A stretch of 64,000 bases of DNA from Pseudoxanthomonas sp. (GTDB taxonomy: Bacteria > Pseudomonadota > Gammaproteobacteria > Xanthomonadales > Xanthomonadaceae). Of the stretch, positions 1 through 9,925 are shown one piece after another. Position 1 is the stretch's first letter, and each line of letters starts with the position of its first letter. The notes beneath the pieces were generated by a model that was given only the letters and a program-made list of their open reading frames with translations, searched no databases and was not told the origin of the DNA. A program made the position numbers and the translations under genes. Location: NCBI GenBank assembly GCA_039932615.1, contig JBDTPP010000001.1, forward strand, positions 4,854-68,853. The letters are read 5' to 3'.

Positions 1-500
1 CACAGCGCCGCATAACGCGCCAGCGCATGCGCGTTGGCCTCGATGCAGGTGCCGGAAGGAATGTCATCGCCAATGTTGATCACCGCGCGCCACTTGGCGA
101 AACGCGCACCGAGTGCGTAGTACTCCTTGAGGCGGTCGCGCAGGCCGTCGAGGCCTTCGGTCACCACTTCCCCCGGGCAGCCGGCCAGCGGGTGCGTGCC
201 CATGTCGACCTTGATGCCCGGAATGATGCCGTTGGCGGCCATGACCTTGGCGAACGGCACGCCGTCCTTGGTCGACTGGCGCAGGGTTTCGTCGTAGAGG
301 ATCGCACCGGAGATGTGCTCGCCGAGCTTCGGCGTGGTCAGCAGCATTTCGCGGTAGGCGCGACGGTTTTCCTCGGTGTTCTCGATACCGACGCCGGCGA
401 AACGCTTGGCGATGGTGCCAGTGGATTCGTCGATCGCGATGATGCCCTTGCCGGCGGCAACCATGGCCTGGGCGGTTTCGGCAAGCTGTTCGATGCTCAT
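1..500 (-). CDS. fba: Fructose-bisphosphate aldolase class I (3' part runs off the window)
   Basis: Manual translation from ATG at 500: MSIEQLAETAQAMVAAGKGIIAIDESTGTIAKRF...GARFAKWRAVI, the class I FBA motifs; lies downstream of pyk. Absent from the ORF track because it is truncated. Confidence 0.93.
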   Translation of the reverse strand, partial: MSIEQLAETAQAMVAAGKGIIAIDESTGTIAKRFAGVGIENTEENRRAYREMLLTTPKLGEHISGAILYDETLRQSTKDGVPFAKVMAANGIIPGIKVDMGTHPLAGCPGEVVTEGLDGLRDRLKEYYALGARFAKWRAVINIGDDIPSGTCIEANAHALARYAAL

Positions 501-582
501 GGAGTTCCTGTGGGGGGCGCGGAAAGGGGCTGAATTATAGCCCCCTCCCGTCCACAAGAACCCGTAATGCCCCAGGAGCATG

Positions 583-657
583 GTGGGAGCGACCTCCCGC
601 CGCGAGCTTTTAATCCGCCAGCAAGGTCAAGAGATCGCGGCGGGACGCCGCTTCCAC
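583..657. repeat. GTAG-family REP doublet (REPIN-like inverted pair)
   Basis: GTGGGAGCGACCTCCCGCCGCGA ... TCGCGGCGGGACGCCGCTTCCAC inverted pair between fba and pyk. Confidence 0.7.
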
Positions 658-667
658 GAAAGCCAGC

Positions 668-2134
668 CTACAGCTCACCCAGGCCTTCGGCTTTGCCATC
701 CGCACCAATCTGCAACAACCGCAGCGTGTTGGTCGCACCGTGGTGTTCCATGTGATCGCCGCTGGTAAAGATGACCCGATCGCCCGGGATCAGCCGGTTC
801 AGATCCCGCAGGCAACGCAATGCATCGCGTGCGGCCTCGCGCGGGGCCAGGCCGCGGCTGTCGAAGGCGATGGGGTACACGTCGCGCATCATGGTCATGC
901 GCCTGCGCGCACCGTCGTGGCGCGCGAATGCATAGATCGGCGCGCTGGTGCGAAAGCGCGACAGGAAGCGCGCGGTGCCGCCCGATTCGGTCATGGCCAC
1001 GATGGCGCGCACGCCGATGTGGTCGGACAGGAACATGGTGGCCATGGCAATGGCCTGGTCGGCGCGCTGCAGGTTGCGTGGCGCCTTTTCGAAATCGGTA
1101 TCCATCTCGAACTGCTTTTCTGCGCCCAGGCAGATGCGCGCCATGGCCTCCACCGCCTTGACCGGATAGGCACCGGCGGCGGTTTCCGCCGACAACATCA
1201 CCGCGTCGGTGCCGTCGATCACCGAGTTGGCCACGTCCAGCACTTCGGCACGCGTGGGGATCGGGCTTTCGACCATGGACTGCAGCATCTGCGTGGCGGT
1301 GATGACCACTTTGTTGCGCGCCAGCGACTCGCGGATGATCTTCTTCTGCAGGCCGGGCAGCTCGGCGTCGCCGATCTCCACGCCCAGGTCGCCGCGCGCG
1401 ACCATCACCACGTCGCTGGCCTCGATGATCTCGGCCAGGTTCTCGATCGCCTCGGTGCGTTCGATCTTGGACACCAGCGCCGCGTCACAACCATGCGAGC
1501 GGGCAATGCGCCGCGCCTCGTTCATGTCCTCGGCGTTGCGGCAGAACGACACGGCGATGAAGTCCACGCCAATCTTGGCGACGATGCCGATCAATTCCTT
1601 GTCGCGCTCGGTCAGCGCACCCAGCGACAGGCCGCCGCCCTGCTTGTTCAAGCCCTTGCGATCGGAAAGCATGCCGTCGTTGAGCACGGTATTGACGATG
1701 CGTTCGCCTTGCACCGATTCCACGCGCAGCTGCATCAGGCCGTCATCCAGCAACAGCACGTCGCCGGGTTGCACGTCGCCGGGCAGGCCGAGATAACTGA
1801 CCCCGACCTGCGAGGCATCCCCAGGCGGCGCGTCGATGCTTGCGACCAGATCGAAGCGGTCGCCCATCTTCAGCCTGACCTTGCCCTCGGCGAATTTCTC
1901 GATGCGGATCTTCGGCCCCGGCAGGTCGGCGAGGATGCCGACTTCAGCCCCAGCGCGAGCGGCGGCGGCGCGCACTGCCGCGGCGCGCTTGGCCTGCGCG
2001 GAAGGATCGCCGTGGGAAAAATTGAGGCGTACCACGTTGACCCCGGCGCGGAACAGTTCGTCGAGCACGCCGGGTGGATCGGTGGCGGGCCCGAGGGTCG
2101 CGAGAATCTTGGTACGGCGTTGGCGATCGGTCAC
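668..2134 (-). CDS. pyk: Pyruvate kinase
   Basis: RRTKILATLGPAT, RLNFSHG, MVARGDLGVE, TATQMLQSM, DGTDAVMLSAETA; GTG start at 2134 with a GAGGGG RBS. Confidence 0.97.
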   Translation of the reverse strand: MTDRQRRTKILATLGPATDPPGVLDELFRAGVNVVRLNFSHGDPSAQAKRAAAVRAAAARAGAEVGILADLPGPKIRIEKFAEGKVRLKMGDRFDLVASIDAPPGDASQVGVSYLGLPGDVQPGDVLLLDDGLMQLRVESVQGERIVNTVLNDGMLSDRKGLNKQGGGLSLGALTERDKELIGIVAKIGVDFIAVSFCRNAEDMNEARRIARSHGCDAALVSKIERTEAIENLAEIIEASDVVMVARGDLGVEIGDAELPGLQKKIIRESLARNKVVITATQMLQSMVESPIPTRAEVLDVANSVIDGTDAVMLSAETAAGAYPVKAVEAMARICLGAEKQFEMDTDFEKAPRNLQRADQAIAMATMFLSDHIGVRAIVAMTESGGTARFLSRFRTSAPIYAFARHDGARRRMTMMRDVYPIAFDSRGLAPREAARDALRCLRDLNRLIPGDRVIFTSGDHMEHHGATNTLRLLQIGADGKAEGLGEL

Positions 2135-2293
2135 GGAGGCCTCCCCTCTTGAGAGTCCGGAAACTACCACATCCAGAAGACCACTACGATGCCATTAGCA
2201 GGCGCGATCTTCTAGCTGATTAATTTTACGGGGAATATTTCGCTTCGCAGTTGTAAATTGGTATCTAAGTGGTTATTTATTATATATGTACTG

Positions 2294-2368
2294 GTAGGAG
2301 CGGGCCCTGCCCGCGATGCCTTTTGTGCAATCTGGTCGAAAGACATCTCGGGCAGGGCCCGCTTGTGC
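2294..2368. repeat. GTAG-family REP doublet
   Basis: GTAGGAGCGGGCCCTGCCCGCGATG ... CATCTCGGGCAGGGCCCGCT; near-identical to the copies at 3662 and 61162. Confidence 0.8.
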
Positions 2369-2372
2369 ACAG

Positions 2373-3563
2373 TCAGGCACCGCGCGCCTGCAGTGCGACG
2401 ACCGCCGGTAGTGGCTTGCCTTCCAGGAATTCCAGGAACGCGCCGCCACCGGTGGAGATGTAGCCAAGGTCGTCGGCAATGCCGTACTTGTCGACCGCGG
2501 CGAGAGTGTCGCCACCACCGGCGATGGAAAACGCCTTCGACGCCGCGATCGCCCGGGCCAGGGTTTCGGTGCCCTTGCCGAAAGCATCGAACTCGAACAC
2601 GCCAACCGGCCCGTTCCAGACCACGGTACCGGCAGCGGCGATCATCTGCGCGTAGCGCGCGGCGGTGTCAGGGCCGATATCGAGGATCATGTCGTCCGCC
2701 CCTACCGCGTCCACCGCCTTGACCGTGGCCACGGTGTCAGCCTTGAATTCGGAAGCGACAACCACATCGCTCGGCACCGGGATCTCGGCGCCGCGCGCCC
2801 TGGCTTCGGCGATGATCTTGCGCGCGGTATCCAGCAGGTCCATTTCCACCAGCGACTTGCCAACGCCATGGCCTTCGGCAGCGATGAAGGTGTTGGCGAT
2901 GCCGCCGCCGATGATCAATTGATCGACCTTGCTGACCAGGTTGGACAGCAGTTCCAGCTTGGTCGAAACCTTGCTGCCGGCGACGATCGCCAGCAGTGGA
3001 TGAGCGGGGTTGTCCAGCGCCTTGGCCAGCGCGTCCAGTTCGCCCATCAGCAACGGACCACCGGCGGCCTGCTTGGCGAACCTGATCACGCCGTGGGTGG
3101 AAGCCTGGGCGCGATGTGCGGTGCCGAACGCATCCATGACGAACACGTCGCACAGCGCGGCGTACTTTTTCGAAAGCGCTTCGTCATCCTTGCCCTCGCC
3201 TACGTTCATGCGACAGTTCTCCAGCAGGACCACGCTGCCGGGCGCGACCTCCACGCCATCCACCCAGTCCCTGACCAGTGGCACGTCCACGCCCAGCAAT
3301 TGCGAGAGACGCTTCGCCACCGGTGCCAGCGAGTCGGCTTCGCTCCATACGCCTTCCTGCGGGCGGCCGAGATGGGAAGTGACCATCACTGCCGCGCCTT
3401 TTTCCAGCGCCAGTTTCAGCGTTGGCAACGAGGCAGTGATGCGTTGTTCCGAAGTGATGCGCGCCGGCTGTCCATCGATGTGCTCGATCGGCACGTTGAG
3501 ATCCTGGCGGATCAGCACGCGCTTGCCGGCGAGATCAAGGTCGGTCATGCGGAGGATGGACAT
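2373..3563 (-). CDS. pgk: Phosphoglycerate kinase
   Basis: [66 protein letters not shown]; real start 3563 (the 663-aa ORF has a spurious extension). Confidence 0.97.
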   Translation of the reverse strand: MSILRMTDLDLAGKRVLIRQDLNVPIEHIDGQPARITSEQRITASLPTLKLALEKGAAVMVTSHLGRPQEGVWSEADSLAPVAKRLSQLLGVDVPLVRDWVDGVEVAPGSVVLLENCRMNVGEGKDDEALSKKYAALCDVFVMDAFGTAHRAQASTHGVIRFAKQAAGGPLLMGELDALAKALDNPAHPLLAIVAGSKVSTKLELLSNLVSKVDQLIIGGGIANTFIAAEGHGVGKSLVEMDLLDTARKIIAEARARGAEIPVPSDVVVASEFKADTVATVKAVDAVGADDMILDIGPDTAARYAQMIAAAGTVVWNGPVGVFEFDAFGKGTETLARAIAASKAFSIAGGGDTLAAVDKYGIADDLGYISTGGGAFLEFLEGKPLPAVVALQARGA

Positions 3564-3661
3564 GGCTTGGCGTTCCGTAAGCGGGTCAGGTCGCCATTGT
3601 CCCGGCTTGGACGCTGCGCGGCAACGCAGGCCCTGTCCCCCAAGGGGACTTCCTTCGGGAC

Positions 3662-3737
3662 GTAGGAGCGGGCCTTGCCCGCGATGCTCTTGCAAGATGC
3701 CTGGATGAAAAGCATCGCGGGCAAGGCCCGCTCCTAC
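3662..3737. repeat. GTAG-family REP doublet; supplies the rimI stop codon
   Basis: GTAGGAGCGGGCCTTGCCCGCGATGCT ... AGCATCGCGGGCAAGGCCCGCTCCTAC perfect inverted pair. Confidence 0.85.
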
Positions 3738-4243
3738 AACGGCGGCATCGTGCTGATGTCTTCGCCGACCAGCTCCATCGCCATCACCAAAGCATCCTCG
3801 CGGCCATCGCGCGCCGGGTAATAGCGCGGGCGCCGGCCGATTTCGTTGAAGCCTTCGTCGTGGTACAGGGCGATGGCCGCAGGATTGGAAGGCCGCACTT
3901 CCAGGAAAATACGCGCAGCGCCCAGGTCGCCTGCCAGCCGGACCAGGGTCCGCAACAGCCGCCGGCCATGACCGCGGCCTTGCCGCTCCGGCGTGATGCA
4001 GATATTGAGGATGTGCGCCTCGTCGGCGGCCACGCTGATCACGGCGTAGCCAATGGGCAGGCCGTGTTCCTGCAGGATCCACGCCGGATAAGCCGCCGCC
4101 AGGCAATCGCGGAAGATGCCGCGCGTCCAGGGGAACGGATAGGCGCGCTGCTCGATGGACAGGATCGTATCCAGGTCGCTTTCGCGCATCGAACGCAGGC
4201 TGGCGTCCGGGAATTCTTCGGCGTCGACCGCCACCGCGCTCAC
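3734..4243 (-). CDS. rimI: Ribosomal protein S18 alanine N-acetyltransferase
   Basis: [46 protein letters not shown]; GTG start at 4243 overlaps the upstream TGA. Confidence 0.93.
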   Translation of the reverse strand: MSAVAVDAEEFPDASLRSMRESDLDTILSIEQRAYPFPWTRGIFRDCLAAAYPAWILQEHGLPIGYAVISVAADEAHILNICITPERQGRGHGRRLLRTLVRLAGDLGAARIFLEVRPSNPAAIALYHDEGFNEIGRRPRYYPARDGREDALVMAMELVGEDISTMPPL

Positions 4244-4665
4244 GGCAGCGGTTTCCTTCGCAGCGCACGCAGCTGCGGCCACAACGCGCGCTTGGCCGCG
4301 GCATTGCCGCGCAACTCATGGGAAGGCGGCCATTGCGCGATGATCGCGGCGGCCTCTTCTGCATTGGGATTACAGCCGGAAGCGCGGATCAGGGCGAAAT
4401 GGAGCTTATCCGGCAGTCGCGACGCGGCGCGGGGTGATGCAGGTAGCGCAGCGCGGTCGGCGACGTCGATTGCAGCGGGTTCGGCACGCGCCGCTCGACG
4501 CGCGGGCGATACTGCAGGCGGTGCCGGTACGCGACGCAGGACAGCAGGTCCGGATGCGGGCGTGGGTGCGGAAGCCACAGGCGTTTCCGCCGTTCCCCTC
4601 ACATACAAGGTGTGGCCCAGCGCAGTCAGCCATTCATGCTGTTGCGACGACCACAACTCACTCAC
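4240..4665 (-). CDS. Conserved Ala/Pro-rich hypothetical protein upstream of rimI
   Basis: [18 protein letters not shown]...[16 protein letters not shown]; coupled to pssA and rimI by GTGA overlaps. Confidence 0.7.
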   Translation of the reverse strand: MSELWSSQQHEWLTALGHTLYVRGTAETPVASAPTPASGPAVLRRVPAPPAVSPARRAARAEPAAIDVADRAALPASPRAASRLPDKLHFALIRASGCNPNAEEAAAIIAQWPPSHELRGNAAAKRALWPQLRALRRKPLP

Positions 4666-5441
4666 TTGGCCGCCTCCGGCGTCTGGCGGGTCCGCCGCCA
4701 CAACCAGTAAGCGGGGCCTGACAATGCATAGACCACGCCGATGGCCAGCAGCGCGCGCGGCAGGTCCATGGCCAGCACGGCGATCACCACGGGCACCAGC
4801 AGCAACACGTAGAAGGGAACCCGGATGGCTGCATTTGCATTCGCGCCACTGGCCTTGAAACTCCAGAAGCGAATCCTGCTGACCATCAACAAGGCGGCCA
4901 CCAGAGTCACGCCAAGCGCCACGTAGCGCAGTTGTTCGCCGCTCCAGCCCAGGTCGCCATCGGCAAAGGCCCAGACGAAGGACATCATCAGTCCCGCCGC
5001 CGCCGGGCTGGCCAGGCCGATGAACCAACGCTTGTCCGCCGTCCCCACCTGGGTATTGAAGCGGGCCAGGCGCAAGGCCGCGCAGGCGGCGTACAGGAAC
5101 GCCACGGCCCAGCCCACCCTTCCCATCACGTCGCTGTCGAACTTCATGTACGACAGCGCCCAGTGGTACATCACCAGGGCCGGGGCCATGCCAAAGCTGA
5201 CCAGGTCGGCCAGCGAGTCGTACTGCACGCCGAAATCGGTGCTGGTGCCGGTCAGCCGGGCCACGCGGCCGTCGATGCCGTCCATCAGCGCGGCGATGAA
5301 CACCGCCACCGCCGCATGCACGAACTGGCCGTTGGCCGCCGCGATGATCGAATAGAATCCCGCAAACAGACCCGCCGTGGTGAACAGGTTCGGCAACAGA
5401 TAGATGGTGCGCGAGCGAGGTGGTTGCTTGTTTTCGTCCAT
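4662..5441 (-). CDS. pssA: CDP-diacylglycerol--serine O-phosphatidyltransferase
   Basis: IYLLPNLFT, DGIDGRVARLTGTSTDFGVQYDSLADLVSFG (CDP-alcohol phosphotransferase motif), LRLARFN. Confidence 0.95.
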   Translation of the reverse strand: MDENKQPPRSRTIYLLPNLFTTAGLFAGFYSIIAAANGQFVHAAVAVFIAALMDGIDGRVARLTGTSTDFGVQYDSLADLVSFGMAPALVMYHWALSYMKFDSDVMGRVGWAVAFLYAACAALRLARFNTQVGTADKRWFIGLASPAAAGLMMSFVWAFADGDLGWSGEQLRYVALGVTLVAALLMVSRIRFWSFKASGANANAAIRVPFYVLLLVPVVIAVLAMDLPRALLAIGVVYALSGPAYWLWRRTRQTPEAAK

Positions 5442-5534
5442 GCGTCGCAGTTTATCCCAACCCGGCGACTTGCCAGCCCGGCCCGGCAATGCTGCAATCA
5501 CGGCCATCCCCTATTTTTCCTGCTGGAGCCCGCC

Positions 5535-5945
5535 ATGCGCGCCTCGTCCACCCGACTGCGACTGATCCGCGCCTGCACCCTGGTGGTGCTTGCCGGTGCC
5601 TGCACCACCGCCCTGGCCGGCAAGGTCTACCAATGGAAGGACGCCCAGGGCGTTACCCATTACGCCGACAGCCCGCCGCCCAACCAGCAGGTCAAGAACC
5701 GTCGAATCGATGACCGGGGCGCGCCCGTGGCCGAGGACGCGACCGTCGGCAAGTCGGTGGAAAACCCGCAATGCACCACCGCCAAGCTCAACCTGCAGAT
5801 CCTGGCCGGCACCGCTGGCGTGCAGCAGGACACCGATGGCGACGGCAAGCCGGACAGGACCCTCAATGAGGACGATCGCGCCAACCAGCGCGGTCTGGCC
5901 GAAGCAGCAGTCAAGGCCTACTGCACGCCGCAGCCCAAGGCCTGA
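5535..5945 (+). CDS. DUF4124-domain secreted protein
   Basis: Signal peptide followed by VYQWKDAQGVTHYADSPP; GGAG RBS. Confidence 0.85.
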   Translation: MRASSTRLRLIRACTLVVLAGACTTALAGKVYQWKDAQGVTHYADSPPPNQQVKNRRIDDRGAPVAEDATVGKSVENPQCTTAKLNLQILAGTAGVQQDTDGDGKPDRTLNEDDRANQRGLAEAAVKAYCTPQPKA

Positions 5946-5948
5946 AGC

Positions 5949-6227
5949 ATGCGTCTGGCCTGGGCCATAGTCGCTGGCCTGGCGCTGGGCATCGGCGTCG
6001 CCTGGTGGCTGTCGCGCGAACCGCCGGACCGGACCGAGGCGAAACAGCGCCGCGCCGAGCACGCGGCGGCTGAACTGGCTCGTGATGCGCGGCCCTCGCT
6101 GTACCGCTGGCGCGACCCAGCCGGGGTCCTGCAGATCACCGACAAACCGCCCAAGGGCCGGCCTTTCGAGCGCCTGGATCGCGACTCCGACCGTGCCATT
6201 GAGGTCAAGGGCAATCGCACCGACTGA
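5949..6227 (+). CDS. Small DUF4124-like membrane-anchored protein
   Basis: N-terminal TM helix; LYRWRDPAGVLQITDKPP. Confidence 0.8.
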   Translation: MRLAWAIVAGLALGIGVAWWLSREPPDRTEAKQRRAEHAAAELARDARPSLYRWRDPAGVLQITDKPPKGRPFERLDRDSDRAIEVKGNRTD

Positions 6228-6293
6228 GTGCAAGGCCGCAAATTGGCGCCGCAACTGGCAAAATGCCGGTTCCCCACGCTGCGAAACCCCATG

Positions 6294-7988
6294 ATGCGCC
6301 TGTCGCAATTCCATCTACGCACCACCAAGGAAACTCCCGCAGACGCCGAACTGGTCAGCCACCGGTTGATGCTGCGCGCCGGCATGATCCGCAAGCTCGC
6401 CACCGGCCTGTACACCTGGTCGCCGCTGGGCCTGCGCGTGCTGCGCAAGGTGGAGAAGGTGGTCCGCGAGGAAATGAACCGCGCCGGCGCCATCGAATTG
6501 CTGCTGCCAACGATCCAGCCGCGTGAGTTGTGGGAAGAGACCGGGCGCTGGCAGAAATTCGGCGCACAACTGCTGAAGATCAAGGATCGCAAGGACGCCG
6601 AATACTGCTACAGCCCCACCGCCGAGGAAGCGATCACCGATTTCGCCCGCCAGGAACTTGCCAGCTACAAGCAACTGCCGGTCAACTTCTACCAGATCCA
6701 GACCAAGTTCCGCGACGAGATCCGTCCGCGCTTCGGGATCATGCGCGCACGCGAATTCCTGATGAAGGATGCGTATTCGTTCCACCTGACCGATCAAGGC
6801 CTGGTCGACGAATACAACAACATGCACGCCACCTACACCCGCATCTTCACCCGCTTGGGCCTGGACTTCCGCGCGGTGCTGGCCGACTCCGGCGCGATCG
6901 GCGGCGATGCCTCGCAGGAATTCCACGTGCTGGCCGATTCGGGCGAAGACGCGATCGCCTTCTCCACCGGCTCCGATTACGCGGCCAACCTGGAGAAGGC
7001 GCAGGCCGCAGCGCCCGGTCCGCGTGCGGCCGCGAGCGAGGCGATGCGCAAGGTCGAAACGCCAACGCAGAAGACCTGCGAGGAAGTCGCCGCGCTGCTG
7101 GGCATTGCCTTGCAGCGCACGGTCAAGTCGATCGCGGTGATGACCGAAGACGGTTTCGTGCTGGCGCTGGTCCGCGGCGATCATTCGGTCAACGAGATCA
7201 AGCTGGGCAAGGTCGCTGGCCTGGCCGATTACCGCATGGCCAGCGAAGCCGAAATTCTTGAACACCTGGGCAGCGAGCCCGGGTTCCTGGGTCCGTTGAA
7301 TCCAAAATCTGCGATTCGCGTGGTCGCCGACCGCGAAGTAGCCGCGATGGCCGATTTCGTGGTCGGCGCCAACGAGGCCGGTTTCCATATTGCCGGGATC
7401 AACTGGGGCCGCGACCTGGCCGAACCGGACTTGGTCGCCGACCTCCGCAACGTGGTCGAAGGCGACCGCGCCGAGGACGGCGGCGAGCTGCGCATCGTGC
7501 GCGGCATCGAGGTGGGCCACGTGTTCCAGCTGGGCCGCAGCTACGCCGAGGCGATGAACGCGACAGTGCTGGACGAAAACGGCAAGGCCACGACCCTGTC
7601 GATGGGCTGCTACGGCATAGGCGTTTCGCGCATCGTCGCCGCGGCGATCGAACAGAACCACGACGAGGCCGGCATCATATGGCCGGAGCCGCTGGCGCCG
7701 TGGACGGTGGCGATCTGCACCATCAACCCGAAGAACGACGCGGCGGTGAACGCAGCGGCGCAGGAGCTGTTCGACGAGCTGCAGTCCGCCGGCATTGATA
7801 CGGTATTCGACGACCGCGGCCTGCGCCCGGGCCAGATGTTCGCCGACATCGAGCTGATCGGCATCCCGCACCGCGTGGTGATTTCCGAACGCGGCCTGGC
7901 CGCTGGCACATTCGAATACCGGGCGCGACGGGCGACGGAAGCGGAGAACCTGGGTCGTGAGGAGTTGCTGGCGAAACTGATTGGCTGA
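6294..7988 (+). CDS. proS: Proline--tRNA ligase
   Basis: [70 protein letters not shown]. Confidence 0.98.
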   Translation: MRLSQFHLRTTKETPADAELVSHRLMLRAGMIRKLATGLYTWSPLGLRVLRKVEKVVREEMNRAGAIELLLPTIQPRELWEETGRWQKFGAQLLKIKDRKDAEYCYSPTAEEAITDFARQELASYKQLPVNFYQIQTKFRDEIRPRFGIMRAREFLMKDAYSFHLTDQGLVDEYNNMHATYTRIFTRLGLDFRAVLADSGAIGGDASQEFHVLADSGEDAIAFSTGSDYAANLEKAQAAAPGPRAAASEAMRKVETPTQKTCEEVAALLGIALQRTVKSIAVMTEDGFVLALVRGDHSVNEIKLGKVAGLADYRMASEAEILEHLGSEPGFLGPLNPKSAIRVVADREVAAMADFVVGANEAGFHIAGINWGRDLAEPDLVADLRNVVEGDRAEDGGELRIVRGIEVGHVFQLGRSYAEAMNATVLDENGKATTLSMGCYGIGVSRIVAAAIEQNHDEAGIIWPEPLAPWTVAICTINPKNDAAVNAAAQELFDELQSAGIDTVFDDRGLRPGQMFADIELIGIPHRVVISERGLAAGTFEYRARRATEAENLGREELLAKLIG

Positions 7989-8010
7989 TTGCCAGCCGTC
8001 GATAACTTCG

Positions 8011-8042
8011 AGAAAACGCCGGCATTGCCGGCGTTTTCTTTT
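8011..8042. terminator. Bidirectional intrinsic terminator after proS
   Basis: AGAAAACGCCGGCA-TTGCCGGCGTTTTCTTTT. Confidence 0.8.
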
Positions 8043-8369
8043 GTGGCGGGAGGACGCTGCTTTTGCATTTGATCCTGGAACCATGTGAGGCGAGGCAAGC
8101 GGGACGGGCAAACCCCGCGGGGGCGGCGCGCAACGATGAGCGCCGTTTCCGTAGACACAGGATGTGTCTTACGGAAATTCCCGGCCTGCTTGCGGACCCG
8201 GCGGTTTTATCGCCGGGCGCGCCGCCGAGTGTGTTTCTTTGGTTACGTGACCAGCCATTCGGCTGTTGTGGAGCGCTTCTTTGCACAAGCAAAGAAAGTG
8301 ACTCGCGCATCGCGCGGCTTTCAACAGCGAAGCTGGTTAACGCTTTGCTTCAAGACAAGAGCGAAGAGC

Positions 8370-8545
8370 GATCCCCGCCTTCGCGGGATGACGAGTAGAG
8401 GCCAAGACGCTGGATCCCGGCATTCGCCGGATGACGGGCAACGGCAACGTCAAAGGCACCCCTCCTCAGTCCTCCCCTGCGCTACGCGCAAGGGATGAGG
8501 CTGAGAGCAGGATCAAGATGGGTCCCAGCTTGCGCTGCGATGACG
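8370..8545. repeat. Cluster of three CGTC-type REP palindromes
   Basis: GATCCCCGCCTTCGCGGGATGACG (8370), TGGATCCCGGCATTCGCCGGATGACG (8411), TGGGTCCCAGCTTGCGCTGCGATGACG (8519), all ending in GATGACG. Confidence 0.7.
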
Positions 8546-8567
8546 AATAGGAGGTTTGGAGTCCCCG

Positions 8568-9833
8568 TCAGAGAATCTTCCGCGCCGGCAGCAGCAGATT
8601 GCCGAACAGCAGGCCCGCGATCAGGGCCATGACTATATTGGTCACTGCCATCAACGCGGAATTGCCCACTACCACGTCCTGTTGCTGCATCAGGCTGAGC
8701 ACTCCACGCAGGCTGTTGCTGCCCGGAACCAGCATGATGATCCCGGGCACGCGGATGATGGCGCCGGGCTTGTTGGTCCAGCGCGCGAAGGCATTGCCGG
8801 CGGCGGTAAGGGTCAGCGCGGACAGGAACACGCCGACCGGACTTCCCAATGCCAACCCCGCGTAGCGCGCGATCAGGTAACCGCAGATCGCTGCTGCCAT
8901 GACCCAGACGTAATCGCGACGATGAGCCTTGAACAGCACCGCGAAGGCATAGGCCACCAGCACCAGTGAGAGCCATTCCACCCAGTCCGGCTGCGGCCGC
9001 AAGGCGCGCACTTCCGGATTCAGGCCAATGAGCTGGGCCAGGGTCAAGGCGATCAGCGTGCCCACGGTCAGCTTGAGGATGGTGGTAACGGCGCCGGCGA
9101 AACGCGCGGTGCCGGAGAGCAGGTGGCCACTGGTGAGTTCGTTGACCGCATTGGTCAGGGTCAGGCCCGGCAGCAGCACGACCAGCGACGCAATGATCAC
9201 GCTGTTGAGATTGAGTGGCTGGATGAAGGTTGAAACCAGCACCGCGACCATGCCCGCCATCAATGCGGAAACTGCATCGGCGGCCTCCTTCAACCGCGGC
9301 CTCTGTTCGCTCAACAGCGATTGCACGCCGATCAGCAGGCCGATGAAAGTGGCGGTGGCTATGTCCACCCACGGCAAGCGCCACAGGCCGGCCACCGTGC
9401 CCGAGGCCAACCCGAACGCCAGCAACTGGGTGGCCCGCCAGCGCAGGCTGGGTTTGCGGTCCAGCGCATGCAGGGCGGTGTGGCCCTGGGCGATGCTGAT
9501 GGATCCGTCCGCCACCGCATCGGCGATGCGATCCGACTCTCCCAGCTTGTACAGGTCATTTTCGCCGGGCGCGAGGCGGATCACCCGGGTCGTGTCGCTG
9601 GCGCCCAGCGGCCGCGACGGGTCGCTGAAACTCAGGATCAGGCCGGTGGGATTCGACCAGGGCTCGCAGGCCAGTCCCAGTCGCGTCGCCAGGGCGACCA
9701 CCGCGCCTTCGAGGCGTTGCGCGGTGGTGCCATAGGTATGCAGGCGGCTGGCCGTCTCGCAGACGAAGGCGATGCGCTGTGCATAGGTGGACGTGTTCGT
9801 GGTCGTGGCGGGGGCTGGGGCGGTCTGCGACAT
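8568..9833 (-). CDS. Threonine/serine exporter family protein (ThrE)
   Basis: LHTYGTTAQRLE, LLPGLTLTNAVNEL..GHLLSG..R, PGIIMLVPG; about 10 TM helices. Confidence 0.88.
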   Translation of the reverse strand: MSQTAPAPATTTNTSTYAQRIAFVCETASRLHTYGTTAQRLEGAVVALATRLGLACEPWSNPTGLILSFSDPSRPLGASDTTRVIRLAPGENDLYKLGESDRIADAVADGSISIAQGHTALHALDRKPSLRWRATQLLAFGLASGTVAGLWRLPWVDIATATFIGLLIGVQSLLSEQRPRLKEAADAVSALMAGMVAVLVSTFIQPLNLNSVIIASLVVLLPGLTLTNAVNELTSGHLLSGTARFAGAVTTILKLTVGTLIALTLAQLIGLNPEVRALRPQPDWVEWLSLVLVAYAFAVLFKAHRRDYVWVMAAAICGYLIARYAGLALGSPVGVFLSALTLTAAGNAFARWTNKPGAIIRVPGIIMLVPGSNSLRGVLSLMQQQDVVVGNSALMAVTNIVMALIAGLLFGNLLLPARKIL

Positions 9834-9925
9834 GCGCCTAGTTTAGGGCCTGTGCCGGCTGGGACATGGCATGACCCGCTCAATCCCCGGATGCGGCTTA
9901 GACTGTATGCTCTCGGACGCTCGAT

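Noticed and set aside
740-2152. Long antisense ORFs (also 6315-8111, 11317-12540, 14319-15491, 51612-52895, 59865-61235)
   Set aside because: Shadow frames of well-supported genes in high-GC DNA.
3564-4364. Apparent 663-aa PGK with a long N-terminal extension
   Set aside because: The extension is an off-frame overlap of rimI and a REP; PGK homology starts at Met 3563.
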